A DNA stretch of 64,000 nt from a virus (IMGVR_UViG_3300042868_014220); one strand, 5' to 3'; positions 46,012-56,465 are shown, counted from the stretch's first letter. Made by a program: numbers and translations. Notes: a model not told the origin generated them from the letters alone.

Positions 46012-46686
46012 ATGAAAATTGTATTCATTTCAGACACGCACGGTAAACATAAGATTTTAACATCTAAAGCGTATAATAACATCTTGGGTGAAGGTTTTTG
46101 TTTGGTTCATGCGGGAGATTGTACCAATGTTGGTAAAACTCACGAAATTAAGGAATTCTTGGATTGGTTTTCAGATACACCATTCACACATAAAATATTC
46201 ATTGCAGGTAATCACGATTTTGGATTTGAAAAGAACCACGATATTGACCAAGAATATAAAGACAAAGGTGTTCATTATCTTTTTGATAGTTCAGTTGAAA
46301 TTGAGGGAATTAAGTTCTACGGAAGTCCGTGGCAACCTGAATTTTATGATTGGGCATTCAACCTACCAAGAGGTGAAAAACTAGCTGAAAAGTGGGCTAA
46401 AATCCCTGAGGATAGTGATATCGTAATTACACACGGACCAGCATACGGAATGGTTGATGCCACAATCCAAGGTACGAATGTTGGATGTCACGATTTATTC
46501 CACCGACTTATGAAAGTTCAACCAAAAATTCACGTTTGTGGACACATACATTGGTCTTACGGTCAAAAATCATTTAATGGTATTGAGTTCTTAAATGCGT
46601 CTACCTTAAATGAAAGATATGAATATGAGAACAAACCAATTGTAATTGAATTTAATCCTGAGACAAAAGAAATTGACTATTTATAA
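46012..46686 (+). CDS. Calcineurin-like metallophosphoesterase
   Basis: FISDTHG, GDCTNVG, GNHD motifs; TATATTTG immediately upstream. Confidence 0.7.
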   Translation: MKIVFISDTHGKHKILTSKAYNNILGEGFCLVHAGDCTNVGKTHEIKEFLDWFSDTPFTHKIFIAGNHDFGFEKNHDIDQEYKDKGVHYLFDSSVEIEGIKFYGSPWQPEFYDWAFNLPRGEKLAEKWAKIPEDSDIVITHGPAYGMVDATIQGTNVGCHDLFHRLMKVQPKIHVCGHIHWSYGQKSFNGIEFLNASTLNERYEYENKPIVIEFNPETKEIDYL

Positions 46687-46696
46687 TAAAAACGAC

Positions 46697-46969
46697 ATGG
46701 CAACAGAAAACGATAAAGTAATATTAGTCTGTGAGTGTAACTCAACAGAACACCAAATAGTTATGTTTCACAGTGATGATGAAGGTACACCAATATCTTA
46801 TATTTACATCCATTTAAATAAAAAACCATTTGTATGGAGATTGTATTATGGAATTAGATACATTTTCGGTAGACAATGTAAATTCGGTGCATTTGATGAG
46901 TTTATTTTCAACACAGATGATACCGAAAAGTTACAGGAGTTGGTTGATTATCTTAAAAAAGACAAGTAA
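46697..46969 (+). CDS. Small hypothetical protein (start trimmed to MATEND)
   Basis: ORF. Confidence 0.4.
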   Translation: MATENDKVILVCECNSTEHQIVMFHSDDEGTPISYIYIHLNKKPFVWRLYYGIRYIFGRQCKFGAFDEFIFNTDDTEKLQELVDYLKKDK

Positions 46970-47014
46970 TTTAAGGGTGATAAGAAATTATCACCTTTTT
47001 TTATATTTATTATT

Positions 47015-47662
47015 ATGGCAACAGAACAAAGTCGATTTTCAAAATTACCAAAAAAACAATTAGTTTTAATTGCTGAAAAATTGGTTGATGGAGATTTTCC
47101 TTCAGGAAATCCTTACCAAGACAATGATTATGATGAACATTATAAAGCATTGGAAAACATTGCAAGATTTTTTAACCTTGACGTAATGGATGAAGATGTC
47201 CAATTTTTCTCCAAGTTCCTTGAAATTAATGATAACCTCCTTTCAAAAATCTTTGGTGGTGATAAAAGTTTAACTGAAGAACTTATAATACCCATGGCAA
47301 GAACTTACGAATTACAATATAGTGTTTGGGGTTCTTGTACTTATGATGAATATTTAGCTCAAAATTTTGACGCTTACGATAAAAATTGGGTTGAAGACTC
47401 CGCAAGACAACAACAAAATGATGGAAATTTTGACCTTTATGATGGTAGAAATAGGGGTGAAACTATTTACGACAATTTTGAAATGTCGGACTATGAGTTT
47501 GGTTTTGTTATTGAACTTAATGATGATAGAACTAACGGCATTAGAGAATCAATATTAAAACACCTTGTTGTTGAAAATACATCAAAAGTTGTATCGTCGT
47601 TAGATAAAAAAACTTTATTGAAATTAAAAAGAATTATTGATTCAAGACTTTCGTCTCTTTGA
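47015..47662 (+). CDS. Acidic hypothetical protein
   Basis: ORF. Confidence 0.5.
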   Translation: MATEQSRFSKLPKKQLVLIAEKLVDGDFPSGNPYQDNDYDEHYKALENIARFFNLDVMDEDVQFFSKFLEINDNLLSKIFGGDKSLTEELIIPMARTYELQYSVWGSCTYDEYLAQNFDAYDKNWVEDSARQQQNDGNFDLYDGRNRGETIYDNFEMSDYEFGFVIELNDDRTNGIRESILKHLVVENTSKVVSSLDKKTLLKLKRIIDSRLSSL

Positions 47663-47875
47663 TTTTAAAGGTTTTTTACCATCGTTTACCAAATCACCCA
47701 ATGTTTTTTTCTTACCTGATGGTAATGGTTCAAATCCCTTCTTCCATTTATATTCAACAGAAATAGGTCCATTGGTAGTTATTTTTGAATCGTATTTCCA
47801 AATAGAAATCTCCTGTTCATCTTCATACACAACCTCCCATTTTGTTGGTTTCTCAGGAATATTTTGTTTCGCCAT
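47642..47875 (-). CDS. Small basic hypothetical protein
   Basis: More protein-like than overlapping + strand ORF. Confidence 0.4.
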   Translation of the reverse strand: MAKQNIPEKPTKWEVVYEDEQEISIWKYDSKITTNGPISVEYKWKKGFEPLPSGKKKTLGDLVNDGKKPLKSKRRKS

Positions 47876-47892
47876 GGTGCAAATATACGGAA

Positions 47893-49080
47893 TTAAGTAG
47901 AAGGGAAAAAATCTTTTTCAAAAGATTGTGCAATACCTCCTTTTATTTTGTACAACCAATCACCATAATTTATTTTTTGTTCAGTTCCTTTATTTGGAAA
48001 TACCACAATACCACCAATATTATAACTTAATAATTTTGAATCTTTCTCAGAACTTTTTACTTGGATTGGTACTTTAACCCCATTTAACTCAAGTATTAAG
48101 TCAGTTTGAAAAGTTATATCAACTAAGTTACCATAAGACGAAAAACTATGTATCTTTGATTCTGGTACGTTTTTATCAATTATTAACCATTTAATAAATT
48201 CATCCTCACTTTTGTCACCAGATTTTGTTGTTTTTTTAATCCTATTAATAATATTATTCAACGGGTCAATACCTAACATTTCAGTATCTTCGTCGTTTTG
48301 ATGGTGAAACGCTTCAATTATATCAAACTCAGCAAAACTCAAAGTTTCAGCAGAATTTGACACTTTATTTTTTTCGTGTTTATCTAAATGTTCAAATTCA
48401 GTGTAAAAATCTGAAATTGATTGTTGTTCAAAATATTTTAACAAAGCGTCACGAGCAGAACCTCTACCCAAATCACCATTAAGATATCTTTTGGTAATCA
48501 TTCTCGCCCAGTTAATTGTGTTGGTATTAATTTTATTTAAAATTGACCAAGTTTTTTTCTCACCATCAACTTCAACAAATCCAACAAATTTTTCAGTTGA
48601 TAATTCTCGTATTAAACTAAGTGCCTCTTCGTGGGTAGTCGATTGATTTATTCTATCTTCAAATTTGTGTGAGCTTGGACTATTTTTTGTGTTTTTTATA
48701 AAAAATTTCAAATCATTTGAATTCCTAATGACCCATTCTTGAGTTGGTTTATCAACAATTATTTTATAATCTTTTGAAGGTTTTAAAAATTTTTTTTTGG
48801 ATGTTTTCATTAAATTTAGATAAGCCTCAATACCCAACTCTTTAATTTTACTTTGATAGTGTTTTTGAAGACTGTCATAAATTAAAGAATCTTTATAAAA
48901 ATTTGTTTTGAAAATTTCAATAGCCTTTTCCAATTGTGATTGACTCAAAGTTCCTTTTCGTTCTAATTGAGCCTTTATACTATTCATAAAAACGTTTGAA
49001 CCTTTGTAATCACGAATCAATTGAAGCGTATCAAATTTCTCAACTTCTTCTTTAATAATTTTTCTGATTAAATCCTTCAT
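47893..49080 (-). CDS. Hypothetical protein (N-terminal IIKEEV motif); first gene of minus-strand operon
   Basis: ORF. Confidence 0.55.
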   Translation of the reverse strand: MKDLIRKIIKEEVEKFDTLQLIRDYKGSNVFMNSIKAQLERKGTLSQSQLEKAIEIFKTNFYKDSLIYDSLQKHYQSKIKELGIEAYLNLMKTSKKKFLKPSKDYKIIVDKPTQEWVIRNSNDLKFFIKNTKNSPSSHKFEDRINQSTTHEEALSLIRELSTEKFVGFVEVDGEKKTWSILNKINTNTINWARMITKRYLNGDLGRGSARDALLKYFEQQSISDFYTEFEHLDKHEKNKVSNSAETLSFAEFDIIEAFHHQNDEDTEMLGIDPLNNIINRIKKTTKSGDKSEDEFIKWLIIDKNVPESKIHSFSSYGNLVDITFQTDLILELNGVKVPIQVKSSEKDSKLLSYNIGGIVVFPNKGTEQKINYGDWLYKIKGGIAQSFEKDFFPST

Positions 49081-49112
49081 ATCATGATAAATACCACAGT
49101 AAAATAAAAATG

Positions 49113-49400
49113 TTAAGAATCCTCAGTTGGTTCCTCTAATTTCTTTTCTTTCTGAATTTGATTTACAATATAACCAGCAATTGCAAATTCAATACTAGCC
49201 CAAAGTGCAATGTCAGAAGCGGTAAGTTTATCGATATTAATTAACAAGAAATAAATCATACCCCATTGCCCAACAATAACTGCAATACCTGATTCAACTC
49301 TTTTTTTAGAAAAATAAGATTTCTCATTACTATATAGTTTAACGATTTCTTTAATAACCCATTTTAAATTTGTCCATCCTAAAAAATATTTTTTCTTCAT
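49113..49400 (-). CDS. Small membrane protein
   Basis: Hydrophobic segments. Confidence 0.45.
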   Translation of the reverse strand: MKKKYFLGWTNLKWVIKEIVKLYSNEKSYFSKKRVESGIAVIVGQWGMIYFLLINIDKLTASDIALWASIEFAIAGYIVNQIQKEKKLEEPTEDS

Positions 49401-49464
49401 AGTAATTTCTCTTTACTTATAAATATCTTGTAATAAAAAAAGGAAACATTTGTTTCCTTTATAA

Positions 49465-49707
49465 CTAACTTACTTTGACTATCTGAATTGTAATCCCCGC
49501 ACTCCCTGAAGATATATTATATCTGTTACCGACATTAGTGTTGATGAATCCGTAATCTTTAAATCTGAATATAACACATTCCTCGTTTTCAAACCAAGCA
49601 TGTATAGCATTTGTTGCATAATCAATATGTGGATGAGTAATTTTTTCCGCTCTCCAAGAACTCTTAAATTTTTCTTCTAATTCTTCAACACTTATATGTA
49701 TTAACAT
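49465..49707 (-). CDS. Small hypothetical protein
   Basis: ORF. Confidence 0.45.
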   Translation of the reverse strand: MLIHISVEELEEKFKSSWRAEKITHPHIDYATNAIHAWFENEECVIFRFKDYGFINTNVGNRYNISSGSAGITIQIVKVS

Positions 49708-49843
49708 TCTATTTGATATTTATAATTAAATCAGCCTCCCCACAATGATGGGGACTTTTAGGACCGTTATCGTTATGGTAACATTAAAAGGGGAAGTTCG
49801 CTACTATCCCCTTTTTTCATTTAAATAATAGTAAAAATTATGG

Positions 49844-50137
49844 TTATAACAAATAACCATCAATATATTTTTTGATAGTTCTTCTTAAAACTTCAGTCCC
49901 CAAATGTCGCCACTCATCCTCAATTTCACCATATATTTTTCCAACCAAATACTTTTTATTATGTTCGATGGTGTGTGACCTATCATCAACATACATTTGT
50001 TTTATTGGTTTTTTCATCCAGTCAAATTTGAATTCACTAACAGGAAAATTTCTCTTCAGGTGGTTCAATAATTCATCTGAAGTTTTTCCATCATATTTAG
50101 ATAGTATTTGTTTTTTTTCTTCTTCTGTGATATTCAT
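49844..50137 (-). CDS. Hypothetical protein (N-terminal ITEEEKKQIL motif)
   Basis: ORF. Confidence 0.5.
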   Translation of the reverse strand: MNITEEEKKQILSKYDGKTSDELLNHLKRNFPVSEFKFDWMKKPIKQMYVDDRSHTIEHNKKYLVGKIYGEIEDEWRHLGTEVLRRTIKKYIDGYLL

Positions 50138-50187
50138 AATAATAATAAATATAGTTGTATTTATTTAAAAAAATAGCAACAAATATA

Positions 50188-50340
50188 ATGGCAAAATTAG
50201 CAAAATCCAAAGGCTCAACAACAACTTCTATAAAAAGAGCTAAGAAAAAAATTTCAAGACCTGGCGTTCACGCTAAGACTAAAACTTCTAAAACTAAAAC
50301 CTCTAAGAATTACAAAAAACGTAATAGAGGACAGGGGTAA
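50188..50340 (+). CDS. Small lysine-rich basic protein
   Basis: MAKLAKSKGS...KTKTSKTKTSKNYKKRNRGQG. Confidence 0.4.
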   Translation: MAKLAKSKGSTTTSIKRAKKKISRPGVHAKTKTSKTKTSKNYKKRNRGQG

Positions 50341-50382
50341 TCTACATTTTTTTATATTTTTTCGTATACTATTGTTATTGTA

Positions 50383-50664
50383 ATGGATAATAAACGGAGA
50401 GTCTATCGCCTGTTGGAAGGATTTATTAACGAATCTAATAAAGAGTCTGTTGAAACTTGGTATGGTAAAGGTTCGGTTATTAAAATTCACAATATGACAT
50501 TCACTCAGAAAAAAAGCGTTGTCATTGAGATTGTTATTGTGTTGGGTGATGTAATATCGGAAGCCGTTATGGATGAGAGAATGGCAACTGTATTGGTTTC
50601 TGATGGGTTAGGATATTTCTTTCCTGAGTTATCTGTTCACCTAATTCATAGGTGGGATTCTTAA
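50383..50664 (+). CDS. Hypothetical protein
   Basis: ORF. Confidence 0.4.
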   Translation: MDNKRRVYRLLEGFINESNKESVETWYGKGSVIKIHNMTFTQKKSVVIEIVIVLGDVISEAVMDERMATVLVSDGLGYFFPELSVHLIHRWDS

Positions 50665-51278
50665 TTTCCTCTATTTGAAGATAGATACCCTGCAACTCTT
50701 TCTGAACGTATTTTTAAATATTCAATCTGCCCTTCTGTAAGTATTGTTGGGTCCAAGAAATCAACTCCAAGAGAACCCATTAGTTTTCCCGTTCCAAAGT
50801 CAAATAAACCAACCATATAAGTCGCCTTTGCACCTGTTGCTTCAGCTCCTGGTTTTAAACCATAAGTTGCAACGGTTTCATTATCATAATCTGAAATTCC
50901 TATGAATTTTGAATTCATAATCTCAGCAAAACATCTTGAATATAATGATATTGGAATATTGGTAAAAACAGTTGATACTGGTAATATTCCTGGTCCGTCT
51001 ACTTCATAAACTACCGAGAATTTTTGCATTGATTTATTTGAATGTAAAAAATGACCTCCATTATGGAATTGAGTAATCCAAACTCTGTCTCCACCTATTT
51101 TTTGTAAAACTTCTTCAATTTCTGTTGTTATTTTTTCAATTGAGAAAAGTTCAATAACCATTTCGTCTTTAGGTTTAGTTAATTTTTTCTTAACCCATAA
51201 TAGTACAACAGGTCCAAACAATGCGGTAATTAGCGCTACCAATACACTACCAAATATTTCCATCATATGCTGATTCAT
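50661..51278 (-). CDS. Hypothetical membrane-anchored protein
   Basis: N-terminal TM helix. Confidence 0.5.
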   Translation of the reverse strand: MNQHMMEIFGSVLVALITALFGPVVLLWVKKKLTKPKDEMVIELFSIEKITTEIEEVLQKIGGDRVWITQFHNGGHFLHSNKSMQKFSVVYEVDGPGILPVSTVFTNIPISLYSRCFAEIMNSKFIGISDYDNETVATYGLKPGAEATGAKATYMVGLFDFGTGKLMGSLGVDFLDPTILTEGQIEYLKIRSERVAGYLSSNRGN

Positions 51279-51356
51279 TTACCTTTTAATTTAACATATA
51301 AATACTAAAAAATACTAAAAGATGAAATATTAAAATAAATTAATTTAGTGTTAGTT

Positions 51357-51668
51357 CTATGAAAAATCCACACAACACTCAAAACCTAATAAAGATTCTA
51401 ATAAGTTTGTAACATTAAGTGTTTGTAAAGTTTGAGAATAACCCTCATTAAGACTTGTTCCCCTTTTTAATGAAATAAATAATGTATACGAAAATGGTTC
51501 CCATTTATTGTCGTCAGTTAACTGACTTGTTTCCAACGCTTTAAATTCAGTTATTGTTAACCCACTAAACGAAATATCCAATGCAGATTGAACTACTTTT
51601 TTTAATCTATTTTCGTCCATGTCATATCTGAATTTAATACCACAGAATAGACATGTTTTTTCTTCCAC
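51357..51668 (-). CDS. Small hypothetical protein
   Basis: ORF. Confidence 0.4.
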   Translation of the reverse strand: MEEKTCLFCGIKFRYDMDENRLKKVVQSALDISFSGLTITEFKALETSQLTDDNKWEPFSYTLFISLKRGTSLNEGYSQTLQTLNVTNLLESLLGFECCVDFS

Positions 51669-52012
51669 TCCGATGGAGCAATAATGGATAATGAATATCC
51701 ACCATCCAAATCCTCATATAAGTGATATATTTCACCTATAAGAGGCTCAAATTTATATTTGGACTCGTATATCCTCTGAGTAATTAAAAACGATTTCTGA
51801 AGGGTTTCTGCTTGTTCTACAATCTCTTTGTATCTTCTATCAAAAACTTTATTTACTTTATCAAGACCATTTTTCTTGAATGTGGTTAAATCGGTTGGTT
51901 TTATAGATGGTGAACCGACATTACTACCGTATGGAAGTAATCCAGGATTGTCCGCAACGTTATCAGGTTTCTTGTTAGTCATAAAAAAAAATGTCCCACT
52001 ATTGTGAGACAT
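51602..52012 (-). CDS. Hypothetical protein
   Basis: ORF. Confidence 0.45.
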   Translation of the reverse strand: MSHNSGTFFFMTNKKPDNVADNPGLLPYGSNVGSPSIKPTDLTTFKKNGLDKVNKVFDRRYKEIVEQAETLQKSFLITQRIYESKYKFEPLIGEIYHLYEDLDGGYSLSIIAPSEWKKKHVYSVVLNSDMTWTKID

Positions 52013-52044
52013 TAATTATAATCTTTAAAAATTAAAAAACAACA

Positions 52045-52545
52045 TTAGTGTCCTTTAATCATGTTAATTCCGTGTTTCAAGAACTCTTTTGCTCTTGGTG
52101 AAATGTGTTTCATCGAATACACTTTTTCAATATCTTTAACAAGTTCCTCCCCGTGTTCATTCTCTTTATAAAGTTCAATAATTTTATCCATAGCAGAACC
52201 ACACTCTTTTTTGGTTTCATCAAAGTAGTTGTAAGGCTTAAATGATTTCAAGTGATTCATAATCTCACTTGCCAAGTGTTCACCACCATCAGAAACTTTA
52301 TTATGCATTCTAAGGGTTTTCAATAACTCTAATTTATCTACCAAACCATTAATACCTCTAGGTCTAATTTGTACACCTTCAATATAATCTTCGGCATCAT
52401 CATCACCAACAATTTCCTCTAAAGATTTTACGTTTCCACCATGGCAGAATTTACGGTCATCTTCTTTTGTTTCGGATTCTTCTATAAGATAAAGTTTTTT
52501 AATTGATTCTTTATCGCTTTCAGTAAGTTGAAATCTTTTTCCCAT
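52045..52545 (-). CDS. Hypothetical protein (N-terminal QLTESDKESI motif)
   Basis: ORF. Confidence 0.5.
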   Translation of the reverse strand: MGKRFQLTESDKESIKKLYLIEESETKEDDRKFCHGGNVKSLEEIVGDDDAEDYIEGVQIRPRGINGLVDKLELLKTLRMHNKVSDGGEHLASEIMNHLKSFKPYNYFDETKKECGSAMDKIIELYKENEHGEELVKDIEKVYSMKHISPRAKEFLKHGINMIKGH

Positions 52546-52587
52546 ACATATAAATATACAGAGTCTAAGTTAGTTAGGGGTTTCTTG

Positions 52588-52785
52588 TTAAAATAATTTT
52601 TGTGTATCGTTATACAATTTTTTCATCGTTGATTCGATAACATTGATTCTTCGTTGGTCTTCGTCACTAACTTCAAAGTTTTTTGCTTTAATCAATCTCA
52701 CTTCTTCTTGAAGTCTTTGATATCTCAAAAGCATATCGTCATACAATTTTGCTTTTTCTTGTTGGTTTAAATGTTGAGCTCCCAT
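52588..52785 (-). CDS. Small coiled-coil protein
   Basis: ORF. Confidence 0.4.
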   Translation of the reverse strand: MGAQHLNQQEKAKLYDDMLLRYQRLQEEVRLIKAKNFEVSDEDQRRINVIESTMKKLYNDTQKLF

Positions 52786-52833
52786 AATTTCTTTTTCTAA
52801 AAATAATATAACTTTTAGGATTATAAATAGTCT

Positions 52834-53028
52834 TTAGTTTTTATTAGTATCTTTCCACTCTAACCAAAATCCGATTCCAACTATTAAATTCATGCCAACA
52901 GATATTAATATTTCATAAATGTCTTTATAGATATTCATGGTTAAATGAATATGACCAACAATCCAAAAAGGTATTGATAAGTTAGATGCAATCCATTTTA
53001 TAGTATATTTTAAGAATTCCATGACCAT
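52834..53028 (-). CDS. Small membrane protein
   Basis: ORF. Confidence 0.35.
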   Translation of the reverse strand: MVMEFLKYTIKWIASNLSIPFWIVGHIHLTMNIYKDIYEILISVGMNLIVGIGFWLEWKDTNKN

Positions 53029-53279
53029 TGATAACCTAAGACATAATCTCTATTATGTTTTAATGTTGTAAATTTTTCTATTCTATTTGTTAAATCATAA
53101 CCAAGTGTGTCATCATAATCACTTTTTTTGGCATCATATTTAATAATAAATCTTGGACAATCACCATCATACGCTGACAATATATCATAAGATATCTCAA
53201 CTATTGGGTATTTGTGGACACCGTCAATATTCAAATAAGTCTCTATTAATTTTTTAACTTGTTCGGGTGTTTTTCTCAT
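53010..53279 (-). CDS. Small hypothetical protein
   Basis: ORF. Confidence 0.4.
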   Translation of the reverse strand: MRKTPEQVKKLIETYLNIDGVHKYPIVEISYDILSAYDGDCPRFIIKYDAKKSDYDDTLGYDLTNRIEKFTTLKHNRDYVLGYQWSWNS

Positions 53280-53651
53280 TTAAGCATCGAGAGTTTTAAC
53301 TGGTAATTCAAAATTTTCCGTAAACCATTTTTTAAATGGTTCATACCACATTTCATTAAAATATCCATTCAATATCTTTTCATATTCATATTCAACAGAT
53401 ACCATTGGACAAGAAACTTTTATTTGATTATCGGGATAAAAATATTCACAATCATACCATCTAAAACACGTATCTTCATCACCATAATCTCCAATATAAA
53501 ATTCAACTCTGGTTTCATCGTCATAGTTTTCACCAGTTTCATCATCATATTCTGTAGGATTTGTGGAGTTTATGTTATCAACGGGAAATAAAACATTAAT
53601 ATACTCAATAATGGCGGTTTCCAATTTAGATTCAGTGATGATATACTTCAT
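53280..53651 (-). CDS. Hypothetical protein (N-terminal IITESKL motif)
   Basis: ORF. Confidence 0.5.
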   Translation of the reverse strand: MKYIITESKLETAIIEYINVLFPVDNINSTNPTEYDDETGENYDDETRVEFYIGDYGDEDTCFRWYDCEYFYPDNQIKVSCPMVSVEYEYEKILNGYFNEMWYEPFKKWFTENFELPVKTLDA

Positions 53652-53662
53652 ACCTTTAAATA

Positions 53663-54097
53663 TTAGGAATTTTGGTTAATTTCCCTGTCAATATCCCTCT
53701 TTTTCATCGTTTCCCTTTTATCATACAGGTTTTTACCCTTTGCAAGAGCTATTTCGACCTTAATTAGACCCTTTTCGTTGAGAAATACTCTATATGGGAC
53801 AATGGTTAACCCTTTAATCAATTCCTTCTGTAAACGAGACAATTCTCGTCTTTTTAGTAAAATTTTACGGTCTTGATTGGATTTATGGGTATAATCTGAC
53901 AATATTTCACTAATATTAGCGTTTTTTAGGTATAATTCACCATCAATAAAGGTACAAAACGCTTCAGATATTGACATTTTACCATTACGAATTGATTTCA
54001 CTTCGGAACCCATCAATACAATACCACCAACTTCAGTACGGATGAATTGATATTCAAACTTGGCTTTCTTATTTATTATATTAACTTGACTATTCAT
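53663..54097 (-). CDS. smpB: SsrA-binding protein SmpB
   Basis: KKAKFEY...GIVLMGSEVKSIRNGKMSISEAF...TIVPYRVFLNEKGLIKVEIALAKGKNLYDKRETMKKRD matches SmpB conserved blocks. Confidence 0.75.
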   Translation of the reverse strand: MNSQVNIINKKAKFEYQFIRTEVGGIVLMGSEVKSIRNGKMSISEAFCTFIDGELYLKNANISEILSDYTHKSNQDRKILLKRRELSRLQKELIKGLTIVPYRVFLNEKGLIKVEIALAKGKNLYDKRETMKKRDIDREINQNS

Positions 54098-54149
54098 AGT
54101 GCAAATATAATAAAAAAACTCTCAAGGTGTTGAGAGTTTTAAATATTTT

Positions 54150-54710
54150 TTAAGCAATATTTGTATCAATTGGTTTTGGTTTTGGAGATGCACCTGCTAA
54201 ATATCCGTCGGCTACTTTAGCCAACAATGGACCAGTTCCCCATTTTTTAAGTCCTTGCATTCTTGATAGTTTGTAAAGACCGACATCATTCTTTAATCCA
54301 TTAACAATGTCCGTATAATATCCTAATTTCAAAGTTTCGCATGTTGCTTTAATCCCATCTTCCATTGACCGATAGTTTTTAACTCCTTTACTATTAAAGT
54401 TTGTTGTTCCTGACATTTTTTTAGTTGTATTAAATGGGTTGAATTTTGCGGTTGCTCCTTCAGCTTGTCTCCAAGCATACATAAATGACATATTACCTTT
54501 AGTTGGTTGAGCACCAAGACATTGTAATACCTTCTTATAAAACTCATCATCAGATGTTGTTTTAGATTGGACTTTATCATCCAATTTTTTTGAGTCCAAA
54601 TCTATTTTTTTTGAATTCAAGTCTGATGAGTTACCACCCATTGTCATTTTTAAAATGTTACTAAGCAATTTTGCTAAATCTTGTTCATTAAGTCGTATAA
54701 CTCTTTTCAT
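54150..54710 (-). CDS. Hypothetical protein (N-terminal IRLNEQDL motif)
   Basis: ORF. Confidence 0.5.
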   Translation of the reverse strand: MKRVIRLNEQDLAKLLSNILKMTMGGNSSDLNSKKIDLDSKKLDDKVQSKTTSDDEFYKKVLQCLGAQPTKGNMSFMYAWRQAEGATAKFNPFNTTKKMSGTTNFNSKGVKNYRSMEDGIKATCETLKLGYYTDIVNGLKNDVGLYKLSRMQGLKKWGTGPLLAKVADGYLAGASPKPKPIDTNIA

Positions 54711-54719
54711 ATACTAATC

Positions 54720-55061
54720 TTATTTTCCTAATTTACCTAACATACAACTAGGTAATGCAGTATTTTTTGAATCGGTAACACCAACCATGTACCACATGGT
54801 ACCTGATTGTTTTAATGTTCCTTTTGAATTTACGGAACACATTTTCATCCCTGCAAAGTTTTGCGGAGATTGTGTCGGTTTATTAATTGGAGCTGACACT
54901 TGTTCATCAATTGAATATTGATGAACTAATGGTTTTAAATCACCAAGTTTTGAATTTGTTAATTTATTGAAATTTTCGGTAATAACTTTTATTCCACCTG
55001 TATGTTGTTCACGAATACTATTTTTTTCCTCTTCAGTTAAATTATTTAATATGTGTTTCAT
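54720..55061 (-). CDS. Hypothetical protein (N-terminal LTEEEKNSI motif)
   Basis: ORF. Confidence 0.5.
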   Translation of the reverse strand: MKHILNNLTEEEKNSIREQHTGGIKVITENFNKLTNSKLGDLKPLVHQYSIDEQVSAPINKPTQSPQNFAGMKMCSVNSKGTLKQSGTMWYMVGVTDSKNTALPSCMLGKLGK

Positions 55062-55091
55062 AAAATTTGTTTATTATAAATATAAGATAAA

Positions 55092-56465
55092 TTAAATTTC
55101 GCCAAGTTCTGACTGTAATGTTTCACTATCAGGTATATTCTTGGATTTTAATATTTCCGCCATTTTTTTTGCAGTATATCTATCCATCTTACCTACTGAT
55201 GACGTTAATTTATTTTCTTCTTGAAATTTAGTTAATTGTGATTGCGTTTCAGGACCGAACTTACCGTCCACACCGAATTTAGGTAAAGTATATCCTAACT
55301 TAATTAATGCATTTTGGAATTTAGTAACGTCATTATTTTCCGTATATACTCCTGATTCTCCTTCATATCCTGCAACCTCTTCTGCCATAAAATCTAACGA
55401 TTCTTTTGATGTTTCATCAGGATTTAAATCTTCCATGTTATCCAAAGCATTATAATCAATTGACCCATCATCCAACACAACATCAGATAATCTTTTTATA
55501 AATAAAGGTACCAAAACACTATATCCTCTTCTCATCCAAGGTGCTCCAATTGCGTTTTTAACAAATGTCTCAACAGGAACCGCAGTTTGCCAAGTTCTAT
55601 TACCACCTTTAAATAAAATTTTTACACCAGTATCTGTAACTTCTTCAATTGTTCCAGTCATTGCCTTTCCTGAAGGTCCTATATACCTATATGGTTTACC
55701 CTTAACAAATCCCATTCTTCTTAAGAAGAATGAACCTTTTTGTATTTTAGGTATTTTACTTAAAAATGAAGTTAATGCTTTTTTACCTCCCGCTCTCATA
55801 CCAGTCATTATTGCAGCCTTTGGAGTTATTTTTGAAAGTAATGCAGTGACTCTTGTAGAAAATTTTGAAACGTATCCTGATATTTTAGTCCCAAATTTGC
55901 CTAAAATCTTTTTGGCTAATGGAGATTTTAACGCTTTCCCAATTAAATTTGGAATTGCACCTAATATAAATTTTAAACTTTTACCGATAATACCCAAACC
56001 TTTAACCACAACTTTTGAAGTTAAACCTACACCTGTTTTTACCGCTCTTTTAAGTGGTATAGAAATTGCTTGTAATGGTCCAGGTAATATAACAAAAGCA
56101 AAGGTAATTGCTGCCATTAAATATAAAGAATCTTTTTCCTCATCTCCTTTAAATTGTGCCTCAATGATATAACTAACAGCGTTTAAAACATCAACAACCG
56201 CACCACTTCCAGGTATTACAAAATCTAATCCTGCAGATAAAACGTCAGCTCCAGCGTGTAAAATATCACTAAGTGTCCATCCTTCATTTAATAATGTTTC
56301 TTCACCTGTTTCAGTATAATATGCTTTACCTTCATAAACAACATATTTACCATCAGACGTGAATTTACATTCCATTAATTTTTGTAATGGTTTTTTATCT
56401 TCGACCAATAGTCCATACATTTTTAATATATCGTTTCTATCTGATTCAGTAATTATAAATCTCAT
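55092..56465 (-). CDS. Membrane protein with N-terminal IITESD motif and C-terminal peptidoglycan-binding domain
   Basis: C-terminus DVTKFQNALIKLGY...VDGKFGPETQSQLTKFQ; central hydrophobic region. Confidence 0.55.
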   Translation of the reverse strand: MRFIITESDRNDILKMYGLLVEDKKPLQKLMECKFTSDGKYVVYEGKAYYTETGEETLLNEGWTLSDILHAGADVLSAGLDFVIPGSGAVVDVLNAVSYIIEAQFKGDEEKDSLYLMAAITFAFVILPGPLQAISIPLKRAVKTGVGLTSKVVVKGLGIIGKSLKFILGAIPNLIGKALKSPLAKKILGKFGTKISGYVSKFSTRVTALLSKITPKAAIMTGMRAGGKKALTSFLSKIPKIQKGSFFLRRMGFVKGKPYRYIGPSGKAMTGTIEEVTDTGVKILFKGGNRTWQTAVPVETFVKNAIGAPWMRRGYSVLVPLFIKRLSDVVLDDGSIDYNALDNMEDLNPDETSKESLDFMAEEVAGYEGESGVYTENNDVTKFQNALIKLGYTLPKFGVDGKFGPETQSQLTKFQEENKLTSSVGKMDRYTAKKMAEILKSKNIPDSETLQSELGEI

